Shown in pieces: positions 24,106 through 36,676 of a DNA stretch of 64,000 nt. Location of the stretch: NCBI RefSeq assembly GCF_001447785.1, contig NW_015164186.1:1737142-1801141 (forward strand). Direction: 5' to 3'. The notes below the pieces were generated by a model. That model did not search any database, was not told the DNA's origin, and saw only the letters and a list, made by a program, of their open reading frames with translations. The stretch is from Gekko japonicus (lineage: Eukaryota). Numbering within the stretch: the stretch's first letter is position 1; each line of letters begins with the position of its first letter. The translations under genes were made by a program, and so were the position numbers.

Positions 24106-24609
24106 CAGACGTTTTACTTAGTTATCTGTCCCTGTGCCTTTAACAGCACCTTGATCTGAAGACAGCTGGTCTTTATTTCTATAACATGAAAAGCTTGTCT
24201 ATTTCCGCAGATTAAGTGGTTGTTAAACTCACAGGAGCCAGCCAGGCCCAGAATTCTCTGGTCAGCTGGCAATCCAAGAGAACATTCACAACTGTACAAA
24301 GGTGACTGATGAATTTTGGAATTGCAGTGATGCACGCATGTTAAGCTATGTGTGATTCATTTACACGGGTAGTATACGCTGTGACAGTACACTTGTGCAT
24401 TCTGTTTGTGGGCATACAGCAGACTTTTAGACTCACCCTTCTACCCCCCCCCCAGCCATCCCTGCCCCCTGTTTGCTAACTGTTACATTAACCTTTGCTG
24501 GGACTTGTTAGGTAGATTACAGCGCCCTCCAGCCTCCTGAGCGACTAGAGCCGTGCTCTGAGAGAGAGGGGCAGCAAAAAACGCAAGATGAAGGCCAAGA
24601 TGTTTTCAG

Positions 24610-24805
24610 CTAGATTCAAGTCCAGTAGAACCTTAGAGACCCACATGATTTTGGAAGCACAAGCTTTCCAGAGTTCAAAGCTCCCTTGCTCAGAAACGAG
24701 ATCTTTGGCTCTCGGAAGCTCACACCCTGAACATCTTGTTGGCCTCCAAGGTGCGACAGGGCTCAAATCTGGCTGTTCTACTGCAGGCCAAGAGGGCTAC
24801 CCTCT
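24610..24805. mobile_element. Fold-back Penelope-like pseudo-LTR remnant
   Basis: AGATTCAAGTCCAGTAGAACCTTAGAGACC... and a degenerate reverse complement within 200 bp. Confidence 0.55.
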
Positions 24806-24839
24806 GAAGACATTTTCAGGGTCACAGGAACATGAGAAC

Positions 24840-25179
24840 CAGGGGTCATTTCCTGCAGGAGCGCACAGGAGCGGAGCTCCGGCAGTAAAGAGCCCAGGGG
24901 GCGGGCACATGCAACAAGCCCCACCCCCTGCTCCCAGCAGTCCTCAGTCAGAGCAAGAAGCAGCCAGGTAAGTTGCAGAAGCCCCCCCCCCCTCTGCAAG
25001 AACAGATCTGCACGTTCCCCCCCCCCCAGCAATAGCTACCAATCCAAAACAGTCCAGTGGAGCCTGAGCGGTGGGTGTTGCTTTCTGGCACACTTCCAGT
25101 GATGTCAGGGGTGTGTGGCATATGCAAATGAGTTATGCAAATGAGCTCCTGCACCTCTTTTCCTACTAAACGACCCCTG
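24840..25179. mobile_element. hAT-type MITE
   Basis: Terminal inverted repeats CAGGGGTCATTT/AAACGACCCCTG. 8-bp TSD ATGAGAAC at 24832-24839 and 25180-25187. Confidence 0.85.
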
Positions 25180-25478
25180 ATGAGAACACAAAGATGATGC
25201 ACACTGCATCAGGTTAATCAAATAAAGAAATTTGCTTTTGGCCATCTTCTCGCTTTCTTTGACTAGATTCCAGGAATCCCACTTCTGTCAGAGGTCTGAT
25301 TCAGAACTGCACATTTTGTGCAAAACCGCTTGCCAGCAACTGCCCTGTGGCAACCCCAGTTACGTACACAGTTTACACTCTTGCTAGCTTTGTAGTGCAT
25401 GCATCTTTGTCCTTTATTTCAATAGAAATAAAGGGCAAAGCGACCCCCCCCAATCATCCCCCTTCCCCATCTACCTAC

Positions 25479-25576
25479 TCTTTAGCAAAGGCAAACTCTT
25501 CCGGGGAAAGGATGGATGGGTCCCCCTCGGCCCGAGTCTTCTCCTTCTCCAAGATGTGGGGGAAATATTTCTCAAT
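25479..25576 (-). CDS. GINS4: GINS4 coding exon 4
   Basis: IEKYFPHILEKEKTRAEGDPSILSPEEFAFAKE; AG/GT boundaries; 98 nt. Confidence 0.96.
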
Positions 25577-27163
25577 CTGCAAAAGGAAAGACACAGCATA
25601 AGAACTGCAGAGCCATCTGTATACGGTAAAGTGCTCTAAAGAACTGCAACAGTGATGGCTGCCAAGGACCGGAGAAAGGCTCTAATGAAACCCAAGACTG
25701 ATCCAAAACCTCCCCAGGAATGTGAATCTTACAAAATGCTCCTGCCCAGCAAAGCATCCCCTCAGATGATGGTGCCTCCCATTCTCCAGGCTTAACGTGT
25801 GCCACAGCAGGGCACAAGGAAGGCAGAGAGCCCCGGAAGCAGCCACATTAGCCAGGTCCCCCAGCACAGCAGATGCCATTGTCCAAAAGCCACTCAGCAC
25901 ATCACTTCCTTCTACTCCACTACTTACGGCTCAACTATGCAAGATCTATGCATGGGAATTCCATCAGCATACACTTGATCAGTGGGAAAAACAATTGCTC
26001 CCCCAGGGCTGCCTCAGGTCAGGCAGAAAACGTGCCAGGGAGGACTTAAAGCCCTGCTCCCCCCAGATCACAATCCTGTTATGAATCAGATCCCACACAC
26101 TTGGTTTTCAGAGGAAAAACTCAGTTCTGATGAGTAACGCCACTTCAGTTGTGAACAGGGCAATCCATCTATAGCAAATGGCTTTCAGACGACACCTTGA
26201 GGAAATCTAGGGCTTGTCAAAATGTTCTCACAACTCCTCATTGAGAAGGCCAGTAAGTGTGGACAACATTCTCAGAAAGGCTTGTCATTATTTATTTAAA
26301 ATATTTATACCCTGTCTTTCAGCTAAAGCATTCCCACTGTGTCTAACCAAAAATTCAATTCCAAAATTCAATGAAAAATACAGAGATACAAAGCAGCCAA
26401 CAGGTTCCCAACGCCATTCAGTCTCCTCCGCCCGCCCTCCAAAGGATCAGAACTGTTTTGCATTCACTGTGACTGAATTACATCTGTTTATTACAGACTG
26501 TTTCCTTTTACACAGAATGCAGCCGTTGCAGTTTATAGGAAGCAAACAGGACAGAGAGTGGCTCTTTAAAACCCTTTTTACTTCAAGCCATTTTTTTCTT
26601 ACTGAGAATAACGTCCCATGAGTTGCTTTCTTGACCGACCATTACAAAAAGGATGCAAGAACTAGATAAGAACATTATACTTCCACCCTAAAAAGAAGAG
26701 AGAAAGGGACCCCCCCCATGGTGTTCCTCAAGAAAGGTGCTTCAAAGTCAAAGGGTCACCTGCCCGCCACTCTTCTCCTCTCTAACAGAGCACACCCAGA
26801 GCAGGACTTCATAGACCACCTCCACAGTCGTCTCCTGCAACATGCAGCTTCAGAGCCCATTTCAGGCCTGGCAGATGCCCCGTGGAAACTGAAAACATGC
26901 CCTAGGAAGGCATCCCAGAATTCTCTGCAACACAACAAAAGCCAGAATTGCTTTCAGAATCCTATCCAGAACTGAATAGATGCCACAGGAGAGAGTTCTG
27001 GAAAGGGAGGTTGGGACCATTTAACAATTCTTGCTGGGAAATACAAGAAGTCTCTGGAGAGATAATGGGGCAGGTGGCTGGTCCCTGAAGAGGCAGCCCC
27101 TGGCAAGCCTCCATGCAGAACAGCTTGTTACATATGCCAAATGGGTCAAAAGGGGGCCAATAC

Positions 27164-27277
27164 CTTTCGGAGCCGGCAGCGCAAATAGCTACTGAGGACG
27201 TAGCGGATCCTCTCGACCTCCATGCGGTGAATGCCAACTTTCAGATCGCCTCCCTTGGCACGTCCCAGGTTCTCTTC
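27164..27277 (-). CDS. GINS4: GINS4 coding exon 3
   Basis: EENLGRAKGGDLKVGIHRMEVERIRYVLSSYLRCRLRK; AG/GT boundaries; 114 nt. Confidence 0.96.
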
Positions 27278-27548
27278 CTGCAAGAGAAGAGCCAAGGGGC
27301 TTTAATTACAGAAAGGGCTTCAACAGTCACCAAGCATTTTTTGTTCGTTTGTCTCTGCTGAGGGAGAACCCAGGACCAGCATCGCATGAAGTTGCCTAAC
27401 TTTTCCATTCACGGGCTGGGTCAGGATTTTAGAGGATTTCCCCAAGACTTAAATCCTTTAACAGGAGATGCTTGGGATTGAACCTGGGATCTTCTGCACA
27501 TCAAACACATGCTGTGCCTCTGAGCCATGACCCCTTCCTGGTCATCAC

Positions 27549-27756
27549 CACTGTTCCCTCTAAGCTGAGTTAGTGTGAGCTAGCTCACAGTTTTTTAGCT
27601 TCTGGCTCACACATTTTTGTCTTAGCTCAGGAAGGAGGGCTCCAGAGCAAACTAATTTATGCAGAAGCCAAATTGCTCGCTCACAACTTTAATGCCTGTA
27701 GCTCACAAAGTAGAATTTTTGCTCACAAGACTCTCCACAGCTTAGAGGGAACATTG
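27549..27756. mobile_element. hAT-type MITE
   Basis: Terminal inverted repeats CACTGTTCCCTCTAAGCTG/CAGCTTAGAGGGAACATTG. 8-bp TSD GTCATCAC on both sides. Confidence 0.88.
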
Positions 27757-28513
27757 GTCATCACTGTTGTCAAGGTGAACCAAACACGATATCAGGAATA
27801 CAGCACTTCATGATGCAGTAGGCATGTTCACAAAAACTGAGGTAAAAATAAATTCCATAGTCCTCCAAGGTGCCACAAGACTCTTATTTTGGCAGGAGCA
27901 ATCTATATGTCCTGCTCAGTCAGGATGAATTGTACAGATTATGCCACCTTGAAAGGAATGCAAAGTCTGGAAAGGACTGGATTAGCAGGAAGCAACGAAA
28001 GAACCTGGGCACCAGGCAAGAGTACAGTTGTTTCCATGGGCAACCTGGTGCTCTCTCTCTCTCTCTTATCCCCACACCCACTTTCACAGTCTTCACTGGA
28101 ATATTTTATCTGTGCTCCCGCCAACATGTTGATTTTATGCTGCCTTCTGTCTGAAAATTGTATTAGGCTCATTGTGAGGATAAAAGGGGAGAACACGTAA
28201 CAATGCATGTCACCCATAGGCCTTGGAGGAAGGGCAAGAGTTATATGTATTATATAAATAAAAGCACATTTTTATTCCTCCCTTCCTCCAAGGAGCTGAA
28301 GACGGCATTTGTGGTTCTTTCCTCTTCTATAACCCTGTGAGGCAGGCTAGATTCAGAGAGTGTGGCTGGCTCCACATCACACAGTGAGCTTTATGGAAGT
28401 GTCAGTTTGCATCTCTTCAGTCTTAGCCTGGCACTCCAATCCCTGCACCACATTCCTGAGTTGTCTCCCCATGCACCCGCCAGCCACTTGGCCGCCTCCC
28501 CCCAGTTCAGTAC

Positions 28514-28600
28514 CATGTGTTCCAGCTGCTCCACAACACATTCGACAATCTCTGACTTGCTCTCCAGCAACTCTGGGGCAAACTTCTCATTCATCCAGGC
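28514..28600 (-). CDS. GINS4: GINS4 coding exon 2
   Basis: AWMNEKFAPELLESKSEIVECVVEQLEHM; AG/GT boundaries; 87 nt. Confidence 0.97.
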
Positions 28601-30195
28601 CTGGAAAGTCAAAGTGGACAGTGAGGATCAAGGATGCTCCATTTTCAGGGCTCTCCCCTCAGTCTTCAGAATAGCATCACCACAGCAGGAAAGATGCTGC
28701 AAGACAAGCTCCCAGACTTGCAGGCTTCCAATATCAGAATCCTCCCCCAATTCTAAGGAACCAATCTTTCTTGCAGTACTTTCTTGCAAGACATCCTCTC
28801 TCCAGAGCTTCAGGGCATGACACTTTATGCTGATTATTTACTCCTCCATCCACTTCAGCCCTTTCTGTTCTACTCTCAGCAGGCGTTTCTTATACTGTCA
28901 GTGTTTGCTTATTGGAGACAGGGAACATGGTACTCTAATCTGCATTCACAACTGAAAGCACCAGGGAATGGTTGCAAAATACCCCGTGTAAAGAGACAAA
29001 GATGCAAGTACCATGTAGGTTGTAACACATGACCATTATATACATTTGGATTTTCGAGGGACACATGGTGTGCATAGAGCAGGAAATGCATAGCCAGTTG
29101 GTAGTTCTTACTTTGTGGCCTTGCAACAATGAACACACATGTGTAATCATCACACATGGCACTCTGTAAAAAAAACCTGTACAACCCTTACAGCCTGGAA
29201 CTATCTTCAATACAAGACTTTATAATACATGGCAAAATCCTTGAAGAGGGAAGGAACTATGCTATCCCAAAAAGCATTCATTTCTGCTCCGGAAAAGATG
29301 CAAAAAAGGGCAATCAAAATCATCAGTGGGTTGCAGCACCTTTCCTGCAAAGAAAAGCTAATGAGAGTTCAGTGCTTATGGTGACAGATGTTTACAAAAT
29401 GTGACGGCACAGTGTGGGAGGGTAAAAAGAAGGAAAGTTTTCTTCTCTGTCTCCCATAATACTAGATCTTGGTGTCACCCAAGGAAGTTGATGGGCAGCA
29501 AAGAGATACAGAACTACTTTTTCGAGATGTAGGAAGTGCTTCTTCACACAATGTATGATTAATTTGTGGAACTCTATGGCATAAGATGTAGCATACAGAT
29601 GGTGTTAAAAGGGACATAGGCAAAAGCATAGTGCCTTGTCAACAGCCATAACAATTAAGCAGAACCATCAGGGTCAGAGAAAGTTCCAAGAACAGAGATG
29701 TTCGTCTTTATGAGGTCTTTACCATTTTAAAAAATTACTGTTTATCAACAACTATTGAGCATTCTTTTAAAACAGAAATGTGGCCTAGAAGTTAGCTGAC
29801 AAAACAACAACAATCCGGTTGGCCACAATGGAGAGGAGGCTGCTAGAGCTGAAATGCTCTTGGGGAGAAAACCATGTTGTACATGCAAGCACCAGTACAT
29901 GGAAGTTTCCCCAACAGGGCTCATGGCAGCAGCTCCCCTGTGCCATTTAGAGCCATTTAACACTGAGGAAACGGTGCAAACCACCAGGGTCGCAATCCCA
30001 ACTGGGCCCCACACAACTAGGAGTTAAGTTTCAGCACAGAACTCCCCACCCACATCCCGTTCAATGGGGCCTCGGGTGGACTCACCACGAGCACAGCCTG
30101 CAGTTAGGTCGAGCTGGGCAGGTGAGCTGGCTTGTACCAAGAGAGGGGCACGAGCTGCCGTCGATACTTTCCAAACAGAAGTCTTTCCTATTCTC

Positions 30196-30392
30196 AAACC
30201 AACCTTTGAGTCCAGCGTGGCACCCTTAAGACCAGCAAAGTTTTAGTCAAGGTATAAGTTTTCGTGTGCAGAAGTGTGCATGCACACGAAAGCTCATACC
30301 TTGAGTAAAACTTTGTTGGTCTTAAAAGGTGCCACGCTGGACTCCCACTTTGTTCTGCTGCTTCCGACCAACACGGCCGCCCGACCTGAATC
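30196..30392. mobile_element. Fold-back Penelope-like pseudo-LTR remnant
   Basis: GAGTCCAGCGTGGCACC.TTAAGACCA is inverted around a GAAGTGTGCATGCACACGAAAGCTCATA core. Confidence 0.65.
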
Positions 30393-30650
30393 AACTCCAG
30401 CTGTACACCCGGGCAGTAACTCCAAGCGACGAAAGGGGAGTTACTTCTGAATAGACATGGAACTGCAGTGGTAACGCTTAAAACCCTACAAATGAACGAG
30501 AATATTTTAAACGGAGGGAGCCCGATCTGTATTTAAATGCCTAGAGACACGGCGGCGCGTTCCCAGACTACCCTAGGCTGCCCCGTCGTCCCGATTCCCC
30601 GTCCCGCCTCCTCCCGTTTTCTGAGCGCAGGACTCAGGCGCCGACCCGAC

Positions 30651-30740
30651 CTGTTCCAGGCTGCGGATGAGCTGGGCCGGGGTCAGCACCACCTCTTCGC
30701 TCCCAGCCTCCGAGCCCTCCTGGTCCGGCTCCTCCGCCAT
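30651..30740 (-). CDS. GINS4: GINS4 coding exon 1 (CDS total 666 nt, 221 aa)
   Basis: MAEEPDQEGSEAGSEEVVLTPAQLIRSLEQ|GT in a CpG island. All seven exons join in frame. Confidence 0.96.
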
Positions 30741-30744
30741 CGCT

Positions 30745-31190
30745 GGCCGAAAGCTCCGCCGTCTCCCGCCACCAGTTCCAACGCAGTGACGTCGACACCG
30801 CGCGCCGCACCGAGGCGATCCGCCCCTCATGAATATGCATGAGGATTGGTCTTTTCCCGCCTCTTAAAAAGGCGGCGTCGCGTTTGGGAGCAGATTCCGG
30901 CGCTTGAGTGCTTGACTTTGCACTTTGTCTGTTCTGTAAAGGGTTCAGGTTTGTATCGCCACAGCGGCCGAAAGCTCCGCCGTCTCCCGCCACCCGTTCC
31001 AACGCAGTGACGTCGACATCGCGCGCCGCACCGAGGCGAACCGCCCCTTATGAATATGCATGAGGATTGGCCTTTTCCCGCCTGCCTCTTAAAAAGGCGG
31101 CGTCGCGTTTGGGAGCCGATTCCGGCGATCGAGTGCTTGACTTTGCACTTTGTCTGTTCTGTAAAGGGTTCAGGTTTGTATCGCCGCAGC
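30745..31190 (-). promoter_or_regulatory. GINS4 CpG-island promoter, tandemly duplicated (~221-bp unit)
   Basis: Copies at 30745-30965 and 30966-31190. Each has TGACGTC (CRE-like), ATGAATATGCAT (POU MORE-like), ATTGG (CCAAT) and TTTTCCCGCC (E2F). Confidence 0.85.
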
Positions 31191-31752
31191 AACCCTGCGA
31201 AGTTGGTTAAACTGAAGGGAAATGATTGAACCAGTGAGCTTCATCATCATGGCAGATAGGGATTCTAAACCCAGATCTTCCCGAGTTGTAGTAGCCCGAC
31301 ACTCGAAGCAACAGCGCATTTATTATATTTTAATCCCTCCCCTCCTCCACAAACCTTAGCGGCTGTATACATGGTTCTCCCGTCTTCCATTTTATCCTTC
31401 CAGTAATTAAATGTCTAGTGGGCACTTTAAAGACTAAAAAAAAAAAATCAGCATAGGTATTTGTAAACCAAAGCTCACTTCCTCTGATGCATTGGAGTGT
31501 ACATGTGAGGAACTGAACTGTGACTCATGCAAACGTGTGTTGCCATAATTTCCACCATATTCAACGTGTCACAGGCCTGTTTAATCTTACCACAAAAGAT
31601 TAACACAACTATCCCACTGGAACTTTTTTCTCATGAAGTAAATTAGGCTGAGAAATAATGGCTAGTCCAAAGCCACCCAGTGATTTTCATGGCTTTCAAA
31701 CTGGGATTTGAATATGAACTTCCCCAGTCATATTACAACAATAGCCACTACA

Positions 31753-31917
31753 ATAGATTCAGATGGGTAGCTGTGTTTGTCTGAAGCAATAGAACAAAGT
31801 TTGAGTCCAGTGACACCTTTAAGACCAATCAAGTTTGAAGTGTGCATGCACATGCAAGCTTATACCCAGCATTAAACTTTGTTGGTCTTAAAGGTTCCAC
31901 TGGACCCAAACTTTGTT
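31753..31917. mobile_element. Fold-back Penelope-like pseudo-LTR remnant with 14-bp TSD
   Basis: The GAACAAAGTTTG.GTCCAGTG..ACCTTTAAGACCAA arms are inverted. CAATAGCCACTACA occurs at 31739-31752 and 31918-31931. Confidence 0.7.
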
Positions 31918-32597
31918 CAATAGCCACTACAGCATATCATACAAATGCTATTTGTGCTGTTAACAATGGCAAATCCCATTTTCCCCACTTCCCCAGGTCA
32001 GTTGTGACTTTAGCAGCTGCATGATAGGCATCCAACAGGTAAAGCATGACCCATAATTGCATTTTCAGGACTGTGGAAAGTTCAGCTTTTTGCATTGTTG
32101 TGCAGGTGTTAAAGACACAGGGAAACAAAACCCCAAACAGGAAGACTGCCACCCTAGCACTGTCAGCAGAGGATGCCACAGCAAGAAGATATGCCCCAAG
32201 ATTCCTTGAAGTGTTTCTACAGATTCTACTTCACTAAGTACCTTTGGAAATTCTGCTGCTCTATTCAGGCAGGGGGTATCACAGGGATGGCTCTGCCACT
32301 GACTACAGGTGCTGTCCCATAGACCCCTTTACATGTATACATGGGTGTTTAAAGACATGTGCATGCACATATGCCAGCAACACCTGTGTGTAGATACAGT
32401 ATACATATTTGCCATAGATTGCACTGATGCATGTCAGGATACTAGACTATGTATTGCTCACATGTAGCCATATATTTAATCTTATGATAACTTCTCCCAC
32501 TTTTCCTAAATTAAACACTGAAATTATTTTTTTATCACCATCAAAATGTAAAGACATGCATCCAACCCCAAGGTCAGAAGATTGTAGGACTAGGTAC

Positions 32598-33185
32598 CAA
32601 TGCTCCCTCTAAGCTGTGGAGTCTTGTGAGCAAAATTGTACTTTGTGAGCTACTGGCATTAAAATTGTGAGCAGGTGATTTGGCAACTGCATAAATTAGT
32701 TTGCTCTAGAGCAGTGTTCCCTCTAAGCTGAGCTAGTGTGAGTTCGCTCACAGTTTTTTAGCTTCCGGCTCACACATTTATTGTCTCAGCTCAGGAAGGA
32801 GGGCTCCAGAGCAAAAGCCGCCTCGCTTCCGGCCCTCATTCAGCCAGGAGGAGGCAGGAGAAGAGGGAGGGTAAGTTGCTTCCTCCCTGCCTCTCCCCAC
32901 CCCTGCCTGCCTGGGGCCAGGGAGGGCCTTGGCGGGGCTTCCTTGCACTCCCGCCGGCTTTGCAGGTCCACCGCCGGGCCCCTCATCGGGCTTGGCAGTG
33001 GAGCTACAAGGCCGGCGGCGGCCGGGACCATTGGGGGTGGGGTGTGTGGCCTTATGACACACTTCCGGTGATGTCAGGGGGTGTGGCCTTATGACATACT
33101 TCCGGTGATGTCAGGGTCTGTGGCATAAGCTAATGAGTTATGCTAATGAGTTCCCCTAGCTCTTTTTCTACAAAACGACCCCTGG
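32598..33185. mobile_element. Composite of hAT-type MITE pieces
   Basis: Two CA.TG.TCCCTCTAAGCTG ends (same family as 27549-27756) are joined to a ...AAACGACCCCTG end (same family as 24840-25179). An internal 37-bp duplication lies near 33040-33120. Confidence 0.65.
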
Positions 33186-33685
33186 TGGCTAGTGACCTTC
33201 AACGCAAGCTCCAGTAAGTTTAGCAAGCAACTCCTGTACTCGAACATACTAGACTGTCTTTTTTTGGCATAGGCCCCAAAATCTGATCACTGACTCCTCC
33301 CCAGCCCTGACTGCAGCAGGCTAGTGGCACAGCCCTCACAGAGCAGTGCAAAATGCAAGTATGAGGTTACAAGTTTGACTGCATGTTTAAGAAGTCCTGC
33401 CTGGGGAAAGCTACCACAACAGGTAACAAAGTTCTGCCCCAGCCTTTCCCCAGCATACTGTTCATATGCAGCATGATTGTTTTACAGACTGAAGTCATAC
33501 AATCTTTCACCTGCATGTTGAACTGTGGCTTCAGTGCTAAATAGGCTGTGCTGGGTAATTTTTCTGGGTGCATTGACAGCTCTGTTTTGTAGTTAGTATG
33601 GTGTGTATGCATATACATTATTACTGTCCTCTGCTCAGAATTCTGAGCAGATTCCCCTTGCATTTAAAGGGAGCACTTAAGAGTC

Positions 33686-33884
33686 TAGGGTTGCCAACCT
33701 CCAGGTGGGGCCTGGAAATATCCAGGAATTACAACTGGTTTTCAGACTATAAAGACCAGTTCCCTGAGAGAAAATGGCAATTTTGGAGGGCGGACTCTGT
33801 GGCATTATATACTACTGAGATCCCACCCTCCCTGGTCTGCACCACCAAACATTCAGGAATTACTCAACTCAGTTGGCAACCCTA
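33686..33884. mobile_element. Non-autonomous DNA transposon (TAGGGTTGCCA terminal inverted repeats)
   Basis: TAGGGTTGCCAAC ... GTTGGCAACCCTA terminal inverted repeats. Confidence 0.75.
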
Positions 33885-34084
33885 TGAAAGTTCCAGGATG
33901 CCAAATTCTACCAAGACACTGTAAATACACAGTCCTGTCCAATATGTATGTAGGTTACACAGCCTGTTATAAGAAGCAAAACCAGGATCAATCCTATACC
34001 CCAGCTTGATTTGTAGAGGATATCCTAAATTCCTACAAAACACCATTTTCAATTGTGGAACAAAGAAATTGCAGTATTCAAGTC

Positions 34085-35427
34085 ACTGATAGCAAATGAC
34101 AGTTTATTTAAGAAAAAACATTACTAATCCATTCATTAGTTTCTGGAAAAAAATGATTGTAACGGGTGCAAAAGGCAAAACACTGTTACTGATTAGAAAA
34201 AACAAGTATTTATACAATTAAAATATTGAACAGATTTCTAGAGGGGAAAGGAAAGAAACCAGCAAGGAGCAGGAATTGAAGAGTAATTAGCTTGAAGACC
34301 TTGATCTAGTATTGGCATCTCTTGTATCACTTATAGGTCAAATACTCTGTTTTGAAAGCTCTCTTGTTTGAGAGCTCTCTTGTTTGAGAAGTCTGTTAGG
34401 ACTTGGTGACTCCAAGCAGCAGAGTGACCCTGCTAGCTTCTATTCAAGCTTGTACACCAAAGCACCCAGGGAGAGGGAATGAACAAAAAAGGAAGAACAC
34501 AAAATATATCAAACCAACTTGATTCACCAGAAGGTATTTACTCCAAAGACTAATGTCCCATATGTTTTCACAAGCATTTCTGGAGGAATGTTTGAATGCA
34601 AGTGGAAGTCCTACCATGTATTGCAGAGACATACTTTTCAGCAGTTTGTGGGAGGAGATGAAGCGCTATCCGTACACCATTTCTAGTTCAGTTACCAGCT
34701 TGCCCTAAAAACTTATAACAAAGTTGAGAAAACCATTTATTACCTATTTGACACATTCAACACCAAGAAGGGGTGGAGAGCACGGGTGGTTACATTTACT
34801 GGTACAGCATCCATTTGAGTCATCGCACATCCTCACATCTAACAAAAGAAGCAATGGACAGTCTGCACTCTCAGGTCTGCAAAGACGAAGCATGAGGCTC
34901 AAGTGTTCCAAAGATTACACCAGCTCTTATGTAAGCGTTAAGGTAGCCCTTTGCATTAGTTTTTTTCTTGCCAACCTTCAACTCCTTTGTCTTGAGGCAT
35001 TTTGAACAACTGAGGTACACCATCCTGAGGCTCAAGTGAGTGAAGTCGCATTTTCAGAAGCTCAGTTGCTTAGGCGGTTTGCAGCTGCCACGTCGTGAAT
35101 GCAGCAGACAACAGAAACCCCCCCCCCAACAAAACCCAGCACCCACAGAGGAACTATGGTGTTCTCAAGAGATTCTTTACAGATTCCACGCAGGTTGATC
35201 AGAGCTGCTGGCTTCAACGGAGAAGTCTAGTGATTTGGACAACATCACCACTTAAGGCTTACCATAATGACACAAAATGGATGCTGGCCAGCCCAGCAGG
35301 TAGCTTCTGAGGGAGCAGGATTTCAAGAAGTCAGTCCATGTGGTAGATGGCACCGTAGATTTGGCGGTGACAGAGAGGAATGATGCATCAAGAGCGGAAG
35401 TAGGGGAACTATCGAACACACTGGACC
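34085..35427 (-). other. GOLGA7: Probable terminal non-coding (3'UTR) exon of GOLGA7
   Basis: Strong acceptor TTTTTCTTTTCTTTTTTAG ending at 35428, about 1.3 kb with no recognisable repeats, and AATAAA at 34103-34108. A matching donor AAG|GTAAA lies at 38095. Confidence 0.65.
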
Positions 35428-36171
35428 CTAAAAAAGAAAAGAAAAACACAAGGCTAATGGATGATTCAAAGTGTGCTGTACATTTTAAAAACAATTCTTC
35501 TCTAGACTCTCAAAGAAGAAGGCAACATATTCATTGATCAAAAGTACTTCCACTCGTGACCGCTACAGGAGTCTACAGGAGCCTGCTTCTCCAAAAGTGA
35601 CCCTTCCTACCTTCAGTGACAATACTAGCCAACCCCCTCCAATTGTGCATTTGGAGAACGATTAGGGTAAGTTGTGGCAATAAGGAACATGGCTCTCAGC
35701 ACCTTCTCTTAAGAAGTTTACCCTTTATGGAATGCTACCATTTTAAAACCGAAGCCTAGAAAAGAACACCTCTGGCTTCTGCACCCATCTGTCACACTGT
35801 TTGAGCCAAGTTCCATCAATACCTCCTTATATAAGAAGGTGGCTAATGTTCTCTTAAGCTCACTCAATAAGCCAGTAAAGATCTCTCTCCACGTGACTGC
35901 TGTAAGACATGGAACTCTGCCAGAGACTGAAGAGCCTCCCTAACCCCTAATCCCTGTCCCTATACCATCATCCACAAGAAAATGCTTTGTACTCATGAAA
36001 CCCTGCCAATTTTGTTATGATTTGTTCTAGCCTTTGAGTTAATGGATGAATAGAGTAGCCTCTCTCCAAGAACACAGATGTCAGCCATCCCACCTTAAAT
36101 TACATTACAGGCAAGTAAAACCTCAGTTTAAGAGAGCTACCCAACAAATGCCCAGGGCTTGTATCCATAAA

Positions 36172-36676
36172 TCAGGGACCGGCCTACCTGAGGGACTGCC
36201 TTTCCCCGTATGTTCCCCAGAGAGCACTGCGATCAGGATCCCAAAACCGCCTGGACCTCCCCGGCCCTAAGGAAGTCAGGTTGATAGTAACCAGGATGAG
36301 GGCTTTTTCGTTTGTAGCTCTGTCCTACTGGAACGAGCTCCCTGCCGAGATCAGGGCCCTGCGGGACTTGTCACAGTTCCACAGGGCCGTGAAAACAGAA
36401 CTTTTTAGGCAGGCGTTCCGATAGGAGCAACGTCTTACCAGCAGCGCCCTGTGTGAACTCTGATCCAATACGACCTAACGCGGTGGCACCGCTGATTGTT
36501 TCCCTAAATTGCACTTTAGTTTTATCGCCATCTAATGAATGTTTTATATTGACTGGTTGTGTTTTAACGGATGTCTTATATTTTTATTGTGAATGTATAC
36601 TGCTTGTCAGTTTTTGGAAGCCGCCCTGAGCCTGCCTGGCGGGGAGGGTGGGGTAAAAGTGAAATAAATAAACAAA
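36172..36676 (+). mobile_element. L2 LINE 3' fragment
   Basis: GPAYLRDCLSPYVPQRALRS...RAFSFVA..YWNELP RT tail, then GCCGCCCTGAGCC...GGGAGGGTGGGGTAAAA and (AAAT)n. Confidence 0.85.
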
